Shown here in pieces: positions 9,496-19,979 of a stretch of DNA of 64,000 nucleotides. This DNA comes from Alphaproteobacteria bacterium. GTDB lineage: Bacteria > Pseudomonadota > Alphaproteobacteria > GCA-2731375. Position numbers and translations under genes: made by a program. The stretch spans positions 320,001-384,000 of the forward strand of contig CBDDBZ010000037.1 of the NCBI GenBank assembly GCA_965225945.1, in the 5' to 3' direction. The first letter of the stretch is position 1; each line of letters begins with the position of its first letter. The notes beneath the pieces were generated by a model, which saw only the letters and a list, made by a program, of their open reading frames with translations, searched no databases and was not told where the DNA came from.

Positions 9496-11244
9496 ATGTC
9501 GGAACGGGTACAACGCAGATTGGCGGCGATCGTATCCGCCGATGTGGTCGGCTATTCGCGTCTCATGGGCGCGGACGAGGTCGGCACCCACGCTCGCCTC
9601 AAGGCCCGTTTTTCGGAACAGGTCGAGCCGAAGATCGCCGAGCACGGCGGTCGCGTCGTGAAGCTCATGGGGGGACGGACTGTTGGCCGAATTTCCGAGC
9701 GTCGTCGACGCCGTGAATTGGGCCGTCGAGGTCCAGGCCGAGGTGGCGGAGCTGAGCGCCGAGGAGCCCGATGAACAACGGATCGAGTACAGGATGGGCG
9801 TGAACCTTGGCGATGTCATCGCGGATGGCGACGATATCTACGGCGACGGCGTGAATATAGCCGCTCGATTGCAGGAGATCGCCGAACCCGGTGGCGTCTG
9901 TATCTCGGAGAAGGTGCATGCCGAGGTGCTCGGAAAGCTCGGCGTTGAATTCGCCGATGGCGGCGCTCAGGCAATGAAGAACATCGCCCTGCCGGTCCAG
10001 GTCTGGCATTGGTCGCTCACCGCCGCTCCGGTTGTGGCCGCTCCCGCCGACAAGGCGCTGGCGCTGCCCGACAAGCCCTCCATCGCCGTGCTGCCCTTCG
10101 ACAACATGAGCGGCGATCCGGAGCAAGAGTTCTTTGCCGATGGCATAACCGAGGACATTATTACCGAGCTATCTCGATTTCGCGACTTGCTCGTGATTTC
10201 CCGCAACTCGGCATTCTTTTACAAGGGCAAGGCCATCAATGTTCAAGAAGTCGCCAAGGATCTCGACGTACAGTACGTCGTCGAGGGGAGCGTCCGTAAG
10301 GCGGGAAATCGTGTCCGAATAAGTGTGCAGTTGATTGACGCTGGTGTCGATCGGCATGTTTGGGCCGAGCGTTACGACCGAGACCTCGAGGATATATTCG
10401 CGGTTCAAGACGAAGTTACTTCCTCCATCGTCTCCACGCTTCCGGGACGCATCGAGGCCGCCGCCCGAGAGCGGGTGGAACGAAAACTTCCCGAGAACAT
10501 GGTGGCCTATGAGTCTGTGTTGGCTGGAAAGTTGCTCCATCACAAGTCGAACAAGGAAGATAATCAAAAAGCTCAAGTCCTGCTCGACCGTGCCATAGGC
10601 CTAGATCCAAAATACGCGCATGCACACGCTTGGAAGGCCTGCACGTTGGGATAAGCATGGGGGTATGGGTGGTGTGTCGATAAAGACGTCACGTGGGACG
10701 AAGTTGTCTCGGAACTCCAGATCGCGCTTGCGCTCGACGATAACGATAGCGATGTCCACCGGATCCTAGCCGCCGTCGATGTGACACGAGGCGATCTTGA
10801 TAAAGCGATGTATCATCAGGAGCGTGCGTTGAGCCTCAATCCGAATGATGACCTGATTGTCGTGCAGCAAGGAGAAGTTCTGACTTGGCTTGGGCAAGCC
10901 GAGGAAGGAATTAAATGGATAAAAATGCGATGCGGCTCAACCCTTATCACCCGGAACGATTCTGGAGCCATTTGGGTCGGGCATACTTCGTGGCACACCG
11001 ATATGATGAAGCGATCGAGGCATTCAAGCGCATTGCTACACTAGATTACACACACCATGCGTTCCTTGCCGCCAGCTTTGCCCAGATGGATGATGTTGTG
11101 GTAGCGAGAAATCATGCGGAAGTCGTGATACGAGAAGAGGCGACATTCACCGTGAGCGGTTACTTGGAAACACTTCACTATGGGCACGATACGGATCGTG
11201 AACACCATCGTGAAGCTCTGTCGAAAGCTGGTTTGCCGCCGTAA
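9496..11244 (+). pseudogene. Adenylate/guanylate cyclase-TolB-N-TPR protein, disrupted
   Basis: Split over ORFs 9496-9774, 9683-10654, 10781-11044 and 10915-11244. Frameshifts in a G-run (~9669) and an A-run (~10921), and an in-frame TAA at 10652. Confidence 0.85.
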
Positions 11245-11568
11245 CGGCGGACATTTCACCCGACGCCCGCTGGATTGCCGCGCTGCGCCGCCGCCTCGGC
11301 GAGGCGGGGGCACCGATTTCGCGCGGCGAGATCCGCTTGGCCCGCTCCAACGGGCGCGGCCAGGCGAGGTGACGGGCGAAATCCTCGGCTAGACCGTCGC
11401 CGTCTATTGTCGGGGGTAGACTCTCCATTGGGTTGGGGTGGCAGATGCGGTGAGTCGTAGACCCTATGTCCGTTGAGGTTTCGACGCCGGGACCAGGTGT
11501 CCGCCTCAGCATGTAGTTTCGAGGGTTGCACGCGTTTGCGTGCCTATCCTCATACATGGGAGACGGAC

Positions 11569-12684
11569 ATGACGGACGATATCACCTTTGTTGGCTTGGA
11601 TGTTTCGAAGGAGACGATTTCGGTCGGGATCGCGCCGGGTGATCCGCGAGAGGCGGTTCATTATTTCGGCACCATCGTGTACCGACCGACGGCGCTCTAT
11701 TCGCTCTGCAAGAAGCTGTCGCGGGACGGCGCGCGTCTTCACTTCTGCTATGAGGCTGGCCCGTTCGGCTATTCCCTGCATCGCCGGCTTTTGGACTGGG
11801 GCCACACCTGCGATGTGGTGGCGCCCTCGCTGATCCCCAAGCGGCCCGGTGACCGGGTCAAGACGGACCGGCGGGACGCGCTGAGCCTGGCTTCGTTGTT
11901 GCGTGCCGGACAGTTGACCGCGGTCTGGGTGCCCGACGCGAGCCACGAGGCGGTTCGCGCGCTGGTGCGCCTGCGCCACCTGGCGGCGGGCGACGTGCGC
12001 CGGGCCAAGCAGCAGATCCTGGGCTTCTGCCTGATGCATGATCGGGTGTATCGGGCGGGTACGACGCATTGGACGAAGACCCACCGGAACTGGCTGGTGG
12101 ATCAGAAGTTCGAGCACGGCGCTCTGGCGCTGACCTATTCGGAATTGCTTGGCCGTCTCGAACGGGCGGAAGAGATGCTGGCGCGAGCGCGCCTGGAGTT
12201 GCGGGAACACCTTGGCGGCTGGGCCTTGTATCCGGTCATGGACGCCCTTCAGGCGTTACGCGGCTTCGATTGGGAGAATGCCGCCATGGTCGCGGCGGAG
12301 ATCGGCGACTTCCAGCGCTTCCCCACGGCGGGCCATCTGATGGCCTACGTCGGCTTGGTGCCGTCGGAATATTCCAGCGGTGATCGACGCAAGCGGGGCA
12401 AGATCACCAAGTCGGGCAACGCCATGGTTCGCCGTGTCCTGGTGGAGGCAGCCTGGACCTATCGTCACCCGGCGCGCCAGTCGAGCCCGATCCGCGCCCG
12501 TTCAGCCCATCTGCCGGAGCCGATCCGCGACAAGGCCTGGCAGGCGCAGATACGATTGTGTCGTCGCATGCGCGATCTGCGCGGGCGCGGCAAACACCAG
12601 AACACCGTGCTGACCGCGGTGGCCCGGGAGCTGGCGGGGCACGTCTGGGCCATCGCCCGCATGGTGCCCCCGCCGATGGCATAA
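11569..12684 (+). CDS. IS110-family DEDD transposase/recombinase
   Basis: FVGLDVSK, CYEAG, KTDRRDA, YVGLVPSEYSSG. Confidence 0.93.
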   Translation: MTDDITFVGLDVSKETISVGIAPGDPREAVHYFGTIVYRPTALYSLCKKLSRDGARLHFCYEAGPFGYSLHRRLLDWGHTCDVVAPSLIPKRPGDRVKTDRRDALSLASLLRAGQLTAVWVPDASHEAVRALVRLRHLAAGDVRRAKQQILGFCLMHDRVYRAGTTHWTKTHRNWLVDQKFEHGALALTYSELLGRLERAEEMLARARLELREHLGGWALYPVMDALQALRGFDWENAAMVAAEIGDFQRFPTAGHLMAYVGLVPSEYSSGDRRKRGKITKSGNAMVRRVLVEAAWTYRHPARQSSPIRARSAHLPEPIRDKAWQAQIRLCRRMRDLRGRGKHQNTVLTAVARELAGHVWAIARMVPPPMA

Positions 12685-12729
12685 ATCGCCGCGCGCCGAG
12701 CGGCGAATACCAACACGCCCGCTTGCGTG

Positions 12730-12902
12730 GGCAGCGGCGGTGGCGGCCACTTGGGGAACTCCCGTTCCTTGGCTATGGGCAGGATTGCATCCGATGCCCG
12801 TCTGTAGAGTCAGGACAGCCCCATCGGACATAGGGACATGCGGTAGTCGATCCGCGGATAAGAGCTTGATGGACCGTCGATCAAAGCCGTCCCGCCGCTG
12901 CC
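12730..12902 (+). ncRNA. Putative bridge/seekRNA of IS110 no. 1
   Basis: Closing stem 12730-12747/12886-12902. Segments flanking two internal hairpins match the target (TGGCTA, GTAG) and the donor junction (GGACATAGGG, ATAAGAG). Confidence 0.7.
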
Positions 12903-13335
12903 TTCCAAAGCGGGCGTCAGATACCCAGCACCCGGTGACGAGCCGGGTGAAAGGCCGCGTTCGTGCTTGACAGGGGAGAGGACATAAGAGCCAGAAACGG
13001 TCCCTTAGACATCTCTAATGCACTTGTCCGTCAGAGCATGCAGGAACAGGGCAGGGCCGGGATCTTCAAGGCGTTTCGAATCTCGGTCAGGGAAGTCCTA
13101 CGCGACGACACCCTGGCCGAGCGCGTCGAAATTGATCGGGCGGAGCCTCCGGGCCCGTACTTCACATTTGACAGTTGAAATACACGGCACTCGCCTTACC
13201 ATGATTTCGTGAGGTGGAAGTGCCGACGCTCGTTCGCGGGCGCTTCCGACCATCGAGGGAACCAGAGGGAGGTCTCCACAATATGAACACGGCGGTGTGT
13301 CGCGTGGCCTCCCGCCATGTCCAGGGGAGGGCAGC

Positions 13336-14509
13336 ATGTCCAGTGACCATGAAACCGTGCTCAGCGACGAGTTGTTGCGGCACTGTGCCGAGCGGGCGCC
13401 GAGATACGATACCGAGAACAGCTTCTTCATCGAGGATTTCGAGGAACTGAAAGCCGCCGGCTACCTGAACGGACCGATTCCGAAGGAGCTTGGCGGCGGC
13501 GGCCTGACGCTGGCGCGGTCCTGCGCCGAGCAGACCCGTCTCGCCTACCATGCGCCGGCGACCGCGCTGGCCATCAACATGCACCTCTACTGGGTCGGCG
13601 TCGCCGCCGACCTCTGGCGTTGGGGGGATAAATCGCTGGAGTGGCTGCTGAGCGAGAGCGTCGCCGGCGAGGTTTTCGCCGCCGGCCATTCCGAGCGCGG
13701 CAACGACTTGCCGATCTTCCTTTCCACGGCAACGGCGAGGAAGGCCGACGGCGGTTATCGCTTTTCGGGCCACAAGATGTTCGGCAGCCTGACGCCCGTC
13801 TGGACCCGCTTCGGCATCCACGCCCTGGAGGCGGATCACGCCGACGGACCCCAGATCATCCACGCCTTCATGCCACGCGAGGCCGAGGGCCATACCATAA
13901 AGGAGACCTGGGACGTCCTCGGGATGCGGGCGACACGCTCGGACGACACCATTCTCGACGACGTCTTTGTCGAGGATAAGTACATCGCTCGCACCGTGCC
14001 GGCCGGCCAAGGTGACCCCTTCGTCCTCGCCCTCTTCGCCTGGGCGCTTCTGGGCTTCGCCAGCATTTATTGCGGCGTTGCCCAGCGCGCCATCGACTTG
14101 GTGCTGCCGGGTATCAATGCGAAGAGCTCGCTCGGCCTCGGCCGCTCGATGGCCTACCACCCGGAGGTCCAGCACGCGGTGGCCCAGATGGTGCTCGCCA
14201 ACGAGAGCATCGGCCCCCTACCTCGAGCGAACCTGCGCCGATTGGACGGACGGCGTCGACCACGGCGAGGCCTGGCCGTCCAAGATCGTCGCCACCAAGT
14301 ATCATGCGGTCGAGACCTGCTGGAAGGTCGTCGACATGGCGATGGACGCCTCCGGCGGCACCGGCATGTTCCGAGGTACCGAGCTGGAACGCCTGTTCCG
14401 CGATGCCCGTTGCGGCCGCTTCCATCCGGCCAATTCGAATCTGACCCACGAAATCGTGGCCAAGACGGCACTCGGCATCGACCTCGCCGAGCAGCCGCGC
14501 TGGGGCTGA
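13336..14509 (+). CDS. Acyl-CoA dehydrogenase family protein (frameshift at ~14215)
   Basis: NMHLYW, FSGHKMFGS, WDVLGMRATRS, and LERLFRDAR in a second frame. The shift falls in a C homopolymer, so it may be a sequencing error. Confidence 0.85.
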
Positions 14510-14844
14510 GGATGATGTGATCGCTCGGGCCCTGGGCTCGGCCGATCGCTGTCGATTCACGGGCTTCGAGCCAGCGAATTCATTGCCAAGGCAAGGAAAC
14601 GCTCCAGGCAAACATCATCGGCCGAATTTGGGAAATTTGCCCGGTAGTTTACGCAAAGCGGGCAGACCGTGATGGCCGTTTTGGGGTCACGAATCGTAAC
14701 TACCCAGGTACCCCGCTCCTGACCGCGAGAGGATGATGTAGGTGGTCGCCGGGGCCGGGTTTCCGCCGCCGCGTCGTTGATCGTCTCTTGACTCCATAGA
14801 ATCGGGCGTCTATGGGTTGCGCTCTCGTGTGACGGGAGCGGCGC

Positions 14845-15510
14845 GTGGAATATTTTGGGTCGAAGGCGACGAGCGGTCTGTGCCAGGCGCTGATTGCGCT
14901 GATGCCGCCGCACAGCGTTTACATCGAGAGCCACCTGGGGGGCGGTGCGCTGATGAAGCGCAAGCCAACGGGCGTGCGCTCGATCGGCATCGACCGCGAT
15001 GCGCAGGCGCTCGAGGCCTTTGCCTGTGACTACCCGGTCGAGTTGGTGCATGGCTGTGCCCATGCCTTTTTGGCCTCGTTCCCGTTTCTGGGCCCGGAGC
15101 TGGTCTACAGCGATCCCCCCTATCTGCACGCGACCCGCCGTTCGGCACGGCGCTATCGCTTCGACTACGAGGAGGTCGACCATGTCGCGCTCCTGGACCT
15201 GCTCAAGGATCTGCCCTGCCAGGTGATGGTCTCGGGCCATCCCTCGGCGCTCTATGACGAGATGCTGGCGGGCTGGCGCAGTCTGGCGCTGCAGGTGACG
15301 ACCCAGGCCCAGGTGCGGACCGAGGTCGTGTGGTTCAACTTCGCGCCCGACCGGGTGCATTGGGCGAGCTACGCAGGCCGGAACTTCACCGACCGCCAGC
15401 GCATCAAGCGTAAGGCGGCCAACTGGGGCCGGCGTTACAAGGCCTTGCCGGCGGGCGAACGCCTCGCGGTGCTGGCCGCCATGATGGCCGTCGATGCCGA
15501 GGACCCGTGA
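14845..15510 (+). CDS. DNA adenine methyltransferase (Dam/D12-like), inside IS66
   Basis: YFGSK (motif X), ESHLGGGAL (motif I-like), VYSDPPY (motif IV). The stop overlaps the transposase start (GTGA). Confidence 0.85.
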   Translation: MEYFGSKATSGLCQALIALMPPHSVYIESHLGGGALMKRKPTGVRSIGIDRDAQALEAFACDYPVELVHGCAHAFLASFPFLGPELVYSDPPYLHATRRSARRYRFDYEEVDHVALLDLLKDLPCQVMVSGHPSALYDEMLAGWRSLALQVTTQAQVRTEVVWFNFAPDRVHWASYAGRNFTDRQRIKRKAANWGRRYKALPAGERLAVLAAMMAVDAEDP

Positions 15511-17045
15511 CGCTGTCGCGCTGGCACGAGGACCTCGCCGCCCATGACGAGGCCTTCGCGTGCCTGCAAGATCTTCTTGACCCCTCATCCTTCGCAATCA
15601 CAGTCGTCAAGGCCTTCCGGGAATGGGGCCAGGGGCTGTTGCGCCTGGCCACGGCGCTCGTCCGGGAGAATGCCGCGCTCGAGCGGGAGAACGCGACCCT
15701 GCGGGACCGCATCGCCGAGCTCGAGCGGAGCGCGGCGCTTGACAGCACCACCAGCAGCAAGCCGCCCGCCAGCGACGGCCTGCGCAAGAAGAGCGGAACC
15801 CAGAGGCGCACCCGAAGCCAGCGCGGCAAGTCCGGCAGGCCAAGCGGCGGCCAGCCGGGCCACAAGGGAACGACGCTGGCGCGGACCGAGAGCCCGGACC
15901 ATGTTGTGGATCATGACCCCTCCGCCTGTTCGGGCTGCGGCGCACCGCTGTCGGACGCCGACCGTCACCGCGCGCCCGTCTGTCGACAGGTCTTCGATGT
16001 GCCCGAGCCACGCCCCCTGGAGGTCACCGAACACCGCGCCCATCGCTGCCTCTGCGGCGCCTGCGCCACCGTGACAGGAGCCGTCTTCCCGGACGGCGTG
16101 ACCGCCCCGGTCCAGTACGGGCCACGCATCACCGCCTGGGTGAGCTACCTGCTGTACGCCCAGTTCGTTCCCGAGAAGCGCTTGGCCGAACTCATGAGCG
16201 ACCTCTTCGCAGTGTCCATCTCCACAGCCACGATCACCGCCATGGGCCGGCGAATCGCCAGGCGCTTCGAGCCCTTCCTCGCCCATGTCGCAGACGTGAT
16301 CCGCACAGCGGTCCCGGTCAAGCACCTCGACGAAACCGGCCTGCGGATCGCCGCCCGTACCCGCTGGCTCCACGTGCTGTGCACCCCATTCCTGACCGTC
16401 CTGCGCATCGGCGCGGGACGCGGCGATGTCGAAAAGGACCTCGAAGGCATCCTCATCCATGACGATTACGCCGCCTACTTCACCCTCAAGGGCGTGCGCC
16501 ACGGCGCCTGCAACGCCCATCACCTGCGCGAACTCCAGGCCCTGATCGACATCGAGAAGGAAGACTGGGCAAAGAGCATGCACCGCCTCCTTGAGCGCGC
16601 ACACAGGGCTACCCGCTTCTCCCGTGAGAACGGCCGCGACGTGCCCGCCTCCCTGGTGGCCCGGATCTCGCGGGCCTGGGCCCGCATCCTCGACCACGCC
16701 ATCGCCTTCCACGAGGCGCAGCCGCCGCTCCGGACCGGCAAGCGCGGACGAAAGAAACGCCGCATCGGTCATAACCTCGCGCTCCGCCTCCGCAAGCACA
16801 AGGAGGGATGCCTGCGATTCCTCACCGACCCGCGCACGCCGTTTACGAACAATGAGGCCGAACGTGACCTCCGAATGGCCAAGCTGCGCCAGAAGATCTC
16901 CGGTGGCTTCCGCTCCGAGAGGGGTGCCTACAACTTCGCCAGAATGCGTGCCGTCATCGCCACCGCCCGAAAGCAAGGCTGGAACGTCCTCCAGACCCTG
17001 GTGCATCCCGATCCGATGCAACTAATCCCCCAACTGCGCCTCTGA
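15507..17045 (+). CDS. IS66-family transposase
   Basis: Coiled coil, SSKPPASD, GGQPGHKG, CxxC zinc fingers, HLDETG, CNAHHLREL, FTNNEAERDLR, QKISGGFRS. Confidence 0.94.
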   Translation: MTLSRWHEDLAAHDEAFACLQDLLDPSSFAITVVKAFREWGQGLLRLATALVRENAALERENATLRDRIAELERSAALDSTTSSKPPASDGLRKKSGTQRRTRSQRGKSGRPSGGQPGHKGTTLARTESPDHVVDHDPSACSGCGAPLSDADRHRAPVCRQVFDVPEPRPLEVTEHRAHRCLCGACATVTGAVFPDGVTAPVQYGPRITAWVSYLLYAQFVPEKRLAELMSDLFAVSISTATITAMGRRIARRFEPFLAHVADVIRTAVPVKHLDETGLRIAARTRWLHVLCTPFLTVLRIGAGRGDVEKDLEGILIHDDYAAYFTLKGVRHGACNAHHLRELQALIDIEKEDWAKSMHRLLERAHRATRFSRENGRDVPASLVARISRAWARILDHAIAFHEAQPPLRTGKRGRKKRRIGHNLALRLRKHKEGCLRFLTDPRTPFTNNEAERDLRMAKLRQKISGGFRSERGAYNFARMRAVIATARKQGWNVLQTLVHPDPMQLIPQLRL

Positions 17046-17169
17046 GAACACCGGCACCGCTACCAGCCCGGACCCCCACGATCCCTCACATACAAACGCT
17101 CGGGCCAATCAGACCTGGGTAGTTACCACGAATCTCGAATTAGTCGGCTGTTAAGAAGCGGTTCTGACC

Positions 17170-17373
17170 GCCGGCATTGAGATCGAGTCGGCCGATATGG
17201 CGGCGATGGTTTTGCGCGAGAGAAGCTTCAGCCACCGGAGGAGGAGGCGGAAGTCGTAGCCAGGGGCGCTATGCGGGCATTGTGATCAAGTCGGCCAATA
17301 CGGCGGCGATGATTTTACGCAAAAAAAGCTTCAGCCACCTGAGGAGGAGGCGGAAGTTGTAGCCGGCGGCGCT
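17170..17373. repeat. Diverged tandem duplication (~101 bp, period 103) of the IS5 transposase 3' end
   Basis: 17170-17270 vs 17273-17373 align without gaps, about 14 mismatches. Confidence 0.85.
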
Positions 17374-17752
17374 CATCACGGCGTTGATCCGGTCGCCGAG
17401 CCGTCCCTTCAGGTAGTTCCGGTCGAGATGGCCGTCGGTCTTGCAATGGCCGATGACGGCCTCGATGGCGCTTCGTCGCCGGAGCTCCTTTTTGATCTGG
17501 CCGTGGACGCCGCGCTTCTGGCCCGACTTGAAGACCCGCAGCGGCTTCGGCGCATCGTGGCCCCGGTAGCCCTTGTCGACATAGACCCGCTCGATCGCGC
17601 GCCCCGTCAGGGTCTCGGTCTCCTCCAGCACCTCCTTTGTGGAACGGCGTGCAAAGTTGACCCCTGTTGAGGGGTGATCGGCGTCCAAATTTGACCCCCT
17701 GAGCCTGGCTAGTCCAAGTCACCTCGTTTTTGGGCGGACGAGGTGGTGGGGG

Positions 17753-19264
17753 ATGTTGGTCGTGGAGACGATAGCGCGGATCCGGCGGGAGTATTTCGTC
17801 AAGGGGAAGCCGATCAAGGAGATCGTGCGGGACGTGAAGGTCTCGGGCAACACGGTGCGCAAGGTGATCCGTTCGCAGGCGACGGCGTTCACCTACGACC
17901 GGCGGGTCCAGCCGATGCCGAAGCTGGGGCCGTGGACGGCCGAGCTGGAGCGGATGCTGGAGGCCAACGAGACCAAGTCGAAGCGGGAGCGGCTGACGCT
18001 GCTACGGATCTCCGAAGCCCTCGAGGGTCTGGGCTATGGCGGCGGCTACGACGCGGTGCGGCGCTACGCCAAGGCGTGGCGGTGGCGCCGTTCGGCATCG
18101 ACGGCGCAGACCTATGTGCCGTTGGTGTTCTCGCCGGGCGAGGCCTATCAGTTCGACTGGAGCCACGAGTACGTGGTGCTGGCGGGGGTGACGACCAAGG
18201 TCAAGGTCGCGCACGTCCGGCTGTGCCACAGCCGAATGTTCTTCGTCCGCGCTTATCCGCGCGAGAGCCAGGAGATGGTGTTCGACGCCCACGACCGGGC
18301 ATTCCGGCTGTTCCAGGGTGCCTGCCGGCGAGGCATCTACGACAACATGAAGACGGCGGTGCAGACCGTCCTCATCGGCAAGGAGCGCGCGTTCAACCGG
18401 CGCTTCGTGCAGATGTGTGGCCACTACCTGGTCGAACCGACAGCATGCACGCCGGGAGCGGGATGGGAGAAGGGGCAGGTCGAGAACCAGGTCGGGATCA
18501 TCCGCGGTCGGTTCTTCACCCCGCGGCTGCGCTTCAAGACCTACGACGAGCTCAACGCCTGGCTCTTGGACCAGTGCGTCGCCTACGCCCGGCGTCATCC
18601 CCACCCGGTGTTCAAGGACAGGACTGTCTGGCAGGTGTTCGAGGACGAGCGTCCGTCCCTGGTCGGCTATCGCGGGCCGTTCGACGGCTTCCACGCGGTC
18701 CCGGCGTCGGTGTCGAAGACCTGCCTGGTGCGCTTCGACAGCAACAAGTACAGCGTGGCGGCGCGCGCCGTCGGCCGTCCGGTCGAGGTCCATGCCTACG
18801 CCGATCGCATCGTCATCCGCCAGGACGGCGAGATCGTCGCCGAGCATGCCCGGCGCTTCGGCCGCGACCAGACCGTCTATGACCCGTGGCACTACGTGCC
18901 CGTGCTGGCGAGGAAGCCCGGTGCGCTTCGTAACGGCGCGCCGTTCAAGGACTGGGCGCTGCCCGGCGCCCTGGGTCGCGTGCGCGTCCGGCTCGCCGGC
19001 CACGACGACGGCGACAGGCAGATGGTCGAGATCCTCACCGCCGTGCTGGCGGATGGGCTGGCGGCGGTGGAGGCCGCCTGTGCCGAGGCGCTCGCTGGCG
19101 GCGTGTGCAGCGCCGACGTCGTGCTCAACATCCTCAATCGTCGGCGCCAGCCGTCCGAGACGGCGCCGATCCCGACGCCCGCGAACCTGCGTCTTCGCTT
19201 TGAGCCGGTGGCCGATTGCACCCGCTACGACCGCTTGAGGGGGGTCGGCCATGGAGCGCCATGA
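17753..19264 (+). CDS. istA: IS21 transposase
   Basis: HTH N-terminus, [20 protein letters not shown]. Confidence 0.95.
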   Translation: MLVVETIARIRREYFVKGKPIKEIVRDVKVSGNTVRKVIRSQATAFTYDRRVQPMPKLGPWTAELERMLEANETKSKRERLTLLRISEALEGLGYGGGYDAVRRYAKAWRWRRSASTAQTYVPLVFSPGEAYQFDWSHEYVVLAGVTTKVKVAHVRLCHSRMFFVRAYPRESQEMVFDAHDRAFRLFQGACRRGIYDNMKTAVQTVLIGKERAFNRRFVQMCGHYLVEPTACTPGAGWEKGQVENQVGIIRGRFFTPRLRFKTYDELNAWLLDQCVAYARRHPHPVFKDRTVWQVFEDERPSLVGYRGPFDGFHAVPASVSKTCLVRFDSNKYSVAARAVGRPVEVHAYADRIVIRQDGEIVAEHARRFGRDQTVYDPWHYVPVLARKPGALRNGAPFKDWALPGALGRVRVRLAGHDDGDRQMVEILTAVLADGLAAVEAACAEALAGGVCSADVVLNILNRRRQPSETAPIPTPANLRLRFEPVADCTRYDRLRGVGHGAP

Positions 19265-19979
19265 GGTCCTGGAGATGATGGCCGCACTCAAGCTCGCCGG
19301 CATGCGCGACGCGTTCGACGAGGTGCTCGCCGACGGCCTCAAGCGCCAGCATCCGATGCAGCGAATCATCGGCGAGCTGTTGAAGGCCGAGATCGCCGAC
19401 AAGCAGGCGCGATCCATCAAGTACCAGATGAGTGGCGCCAAGCTGCCGCTGGCCAAGGAGCTGGCCGACTTCGACTTCACCGACACCCCGGTCAACGAGC
19501 CGCTGGTCCGCGAGTTGGCGGTCGGCGGCTTCCTGGCCAACCAGCGCAACGCCGTGCTGATCGGCGGCACCGGCACCGGCAAGAGCCATCTCGCCGTCGC
19601 CATCGCGCGGGCCTGCATCCGCGATGGCGCCCGGGGCCGCTTCTTCAACGTCGTCGACCTGGTCAACCGGCTCGAGGCCGAAGCCCGCGCCGGCCGCCAG
19701 GGCCGGCTCGCCGATCAGCTGGCCCGGCGCGACCTCGTCATCCTCGACGAGCTCGGCTACCTGCCCTTCGCCCAAACCGGAGGCCAGCTGCTGTTCCACC
19801 TCGTCAGCCGGCTCTACGAGCGCACCTCGATCATCGTCACCACCAACCTGACCTTCGGCGAATGGCCGTCCGTCTTCGGCGACGCCAAGATGACCACCGC
19901 GCTCCTCGATCGTCTGACGCACCACTGCGAGATCATCGAGACCGGAAACGACTCCTGGCGCTTCAAGAATCGGTCCTAA
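19251..19979 (+). CDS. istB: IS21 helper ATPase
   Basis: Walker A GGTGTGKS, Walker [21 protein letters not shown]. Confidence 0.95.
   Translation: MERHEVLEMMAALKLAGMRDAFDEVLADGLKRQHPMQRIIGELLKAEIADKQARSIKYQMSGAKLPLAKELADFDFTDTPVNEPLVRELAVGGFLANQRNAVLIGGTGTGKSHLAVAIARACIRDGARGRFFNVVDLVNRLEAEARAGRQGRLADQLARRDLVILDELGYLPFAQTGGQLLFHLVSRLYERTSIIVTTNLTFGEWPSVFGDAKMTTALLDRLTHHCEIIETGNDSWRFKNRS

Larger units (their letters stand above)
11459..12990 (+). mobile_element. IS110-family element no. 1 (IS1111-type layout)
   Basis: Sub-terminal IR TATGTCC (11465-11471) / GGACATA (12980-12986), AG core at both ends, ~300-bp 3' non-coding region, TTGACA at 12967. Confidence 0.8.
14696..17126 (+). mobile_element. 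IS66-family element (single transposase, ISBst12-like) with passenger DNA methyltransferase
   Basis: Perfect 14-bp IR GTAACTACCCAGGT/ACCTGGGTAGTTAC. 8-bp TSD CACGAATC at 14688-14695 and 17127-17134. Confidence 0.93.

Noticed and set aside
13030-13160. QEQGRAGIFKAFRISVREVLRD resembling an antibiotic-biosynthesis-monooxygenase C-terminus
   Set aside because: It is too short and has no start; at most a remnant.
14205-14225. Programmed frameshift or phase variation in the acyl-CoA dehydrogenase (also 9669 and 10921)
   Set aside because: These are short homopolymers with no slippery heptamer or stimulator seen; sequencing error or decay is more likely.
17170-17373. A/G-skewed repeat pair as a DGR template/variable repeat
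   Set aside because: Half of the differences are not at adenines, the A-rich copy is the antisense of the coding copy, and the only RTs in the window are group II intron maturases.
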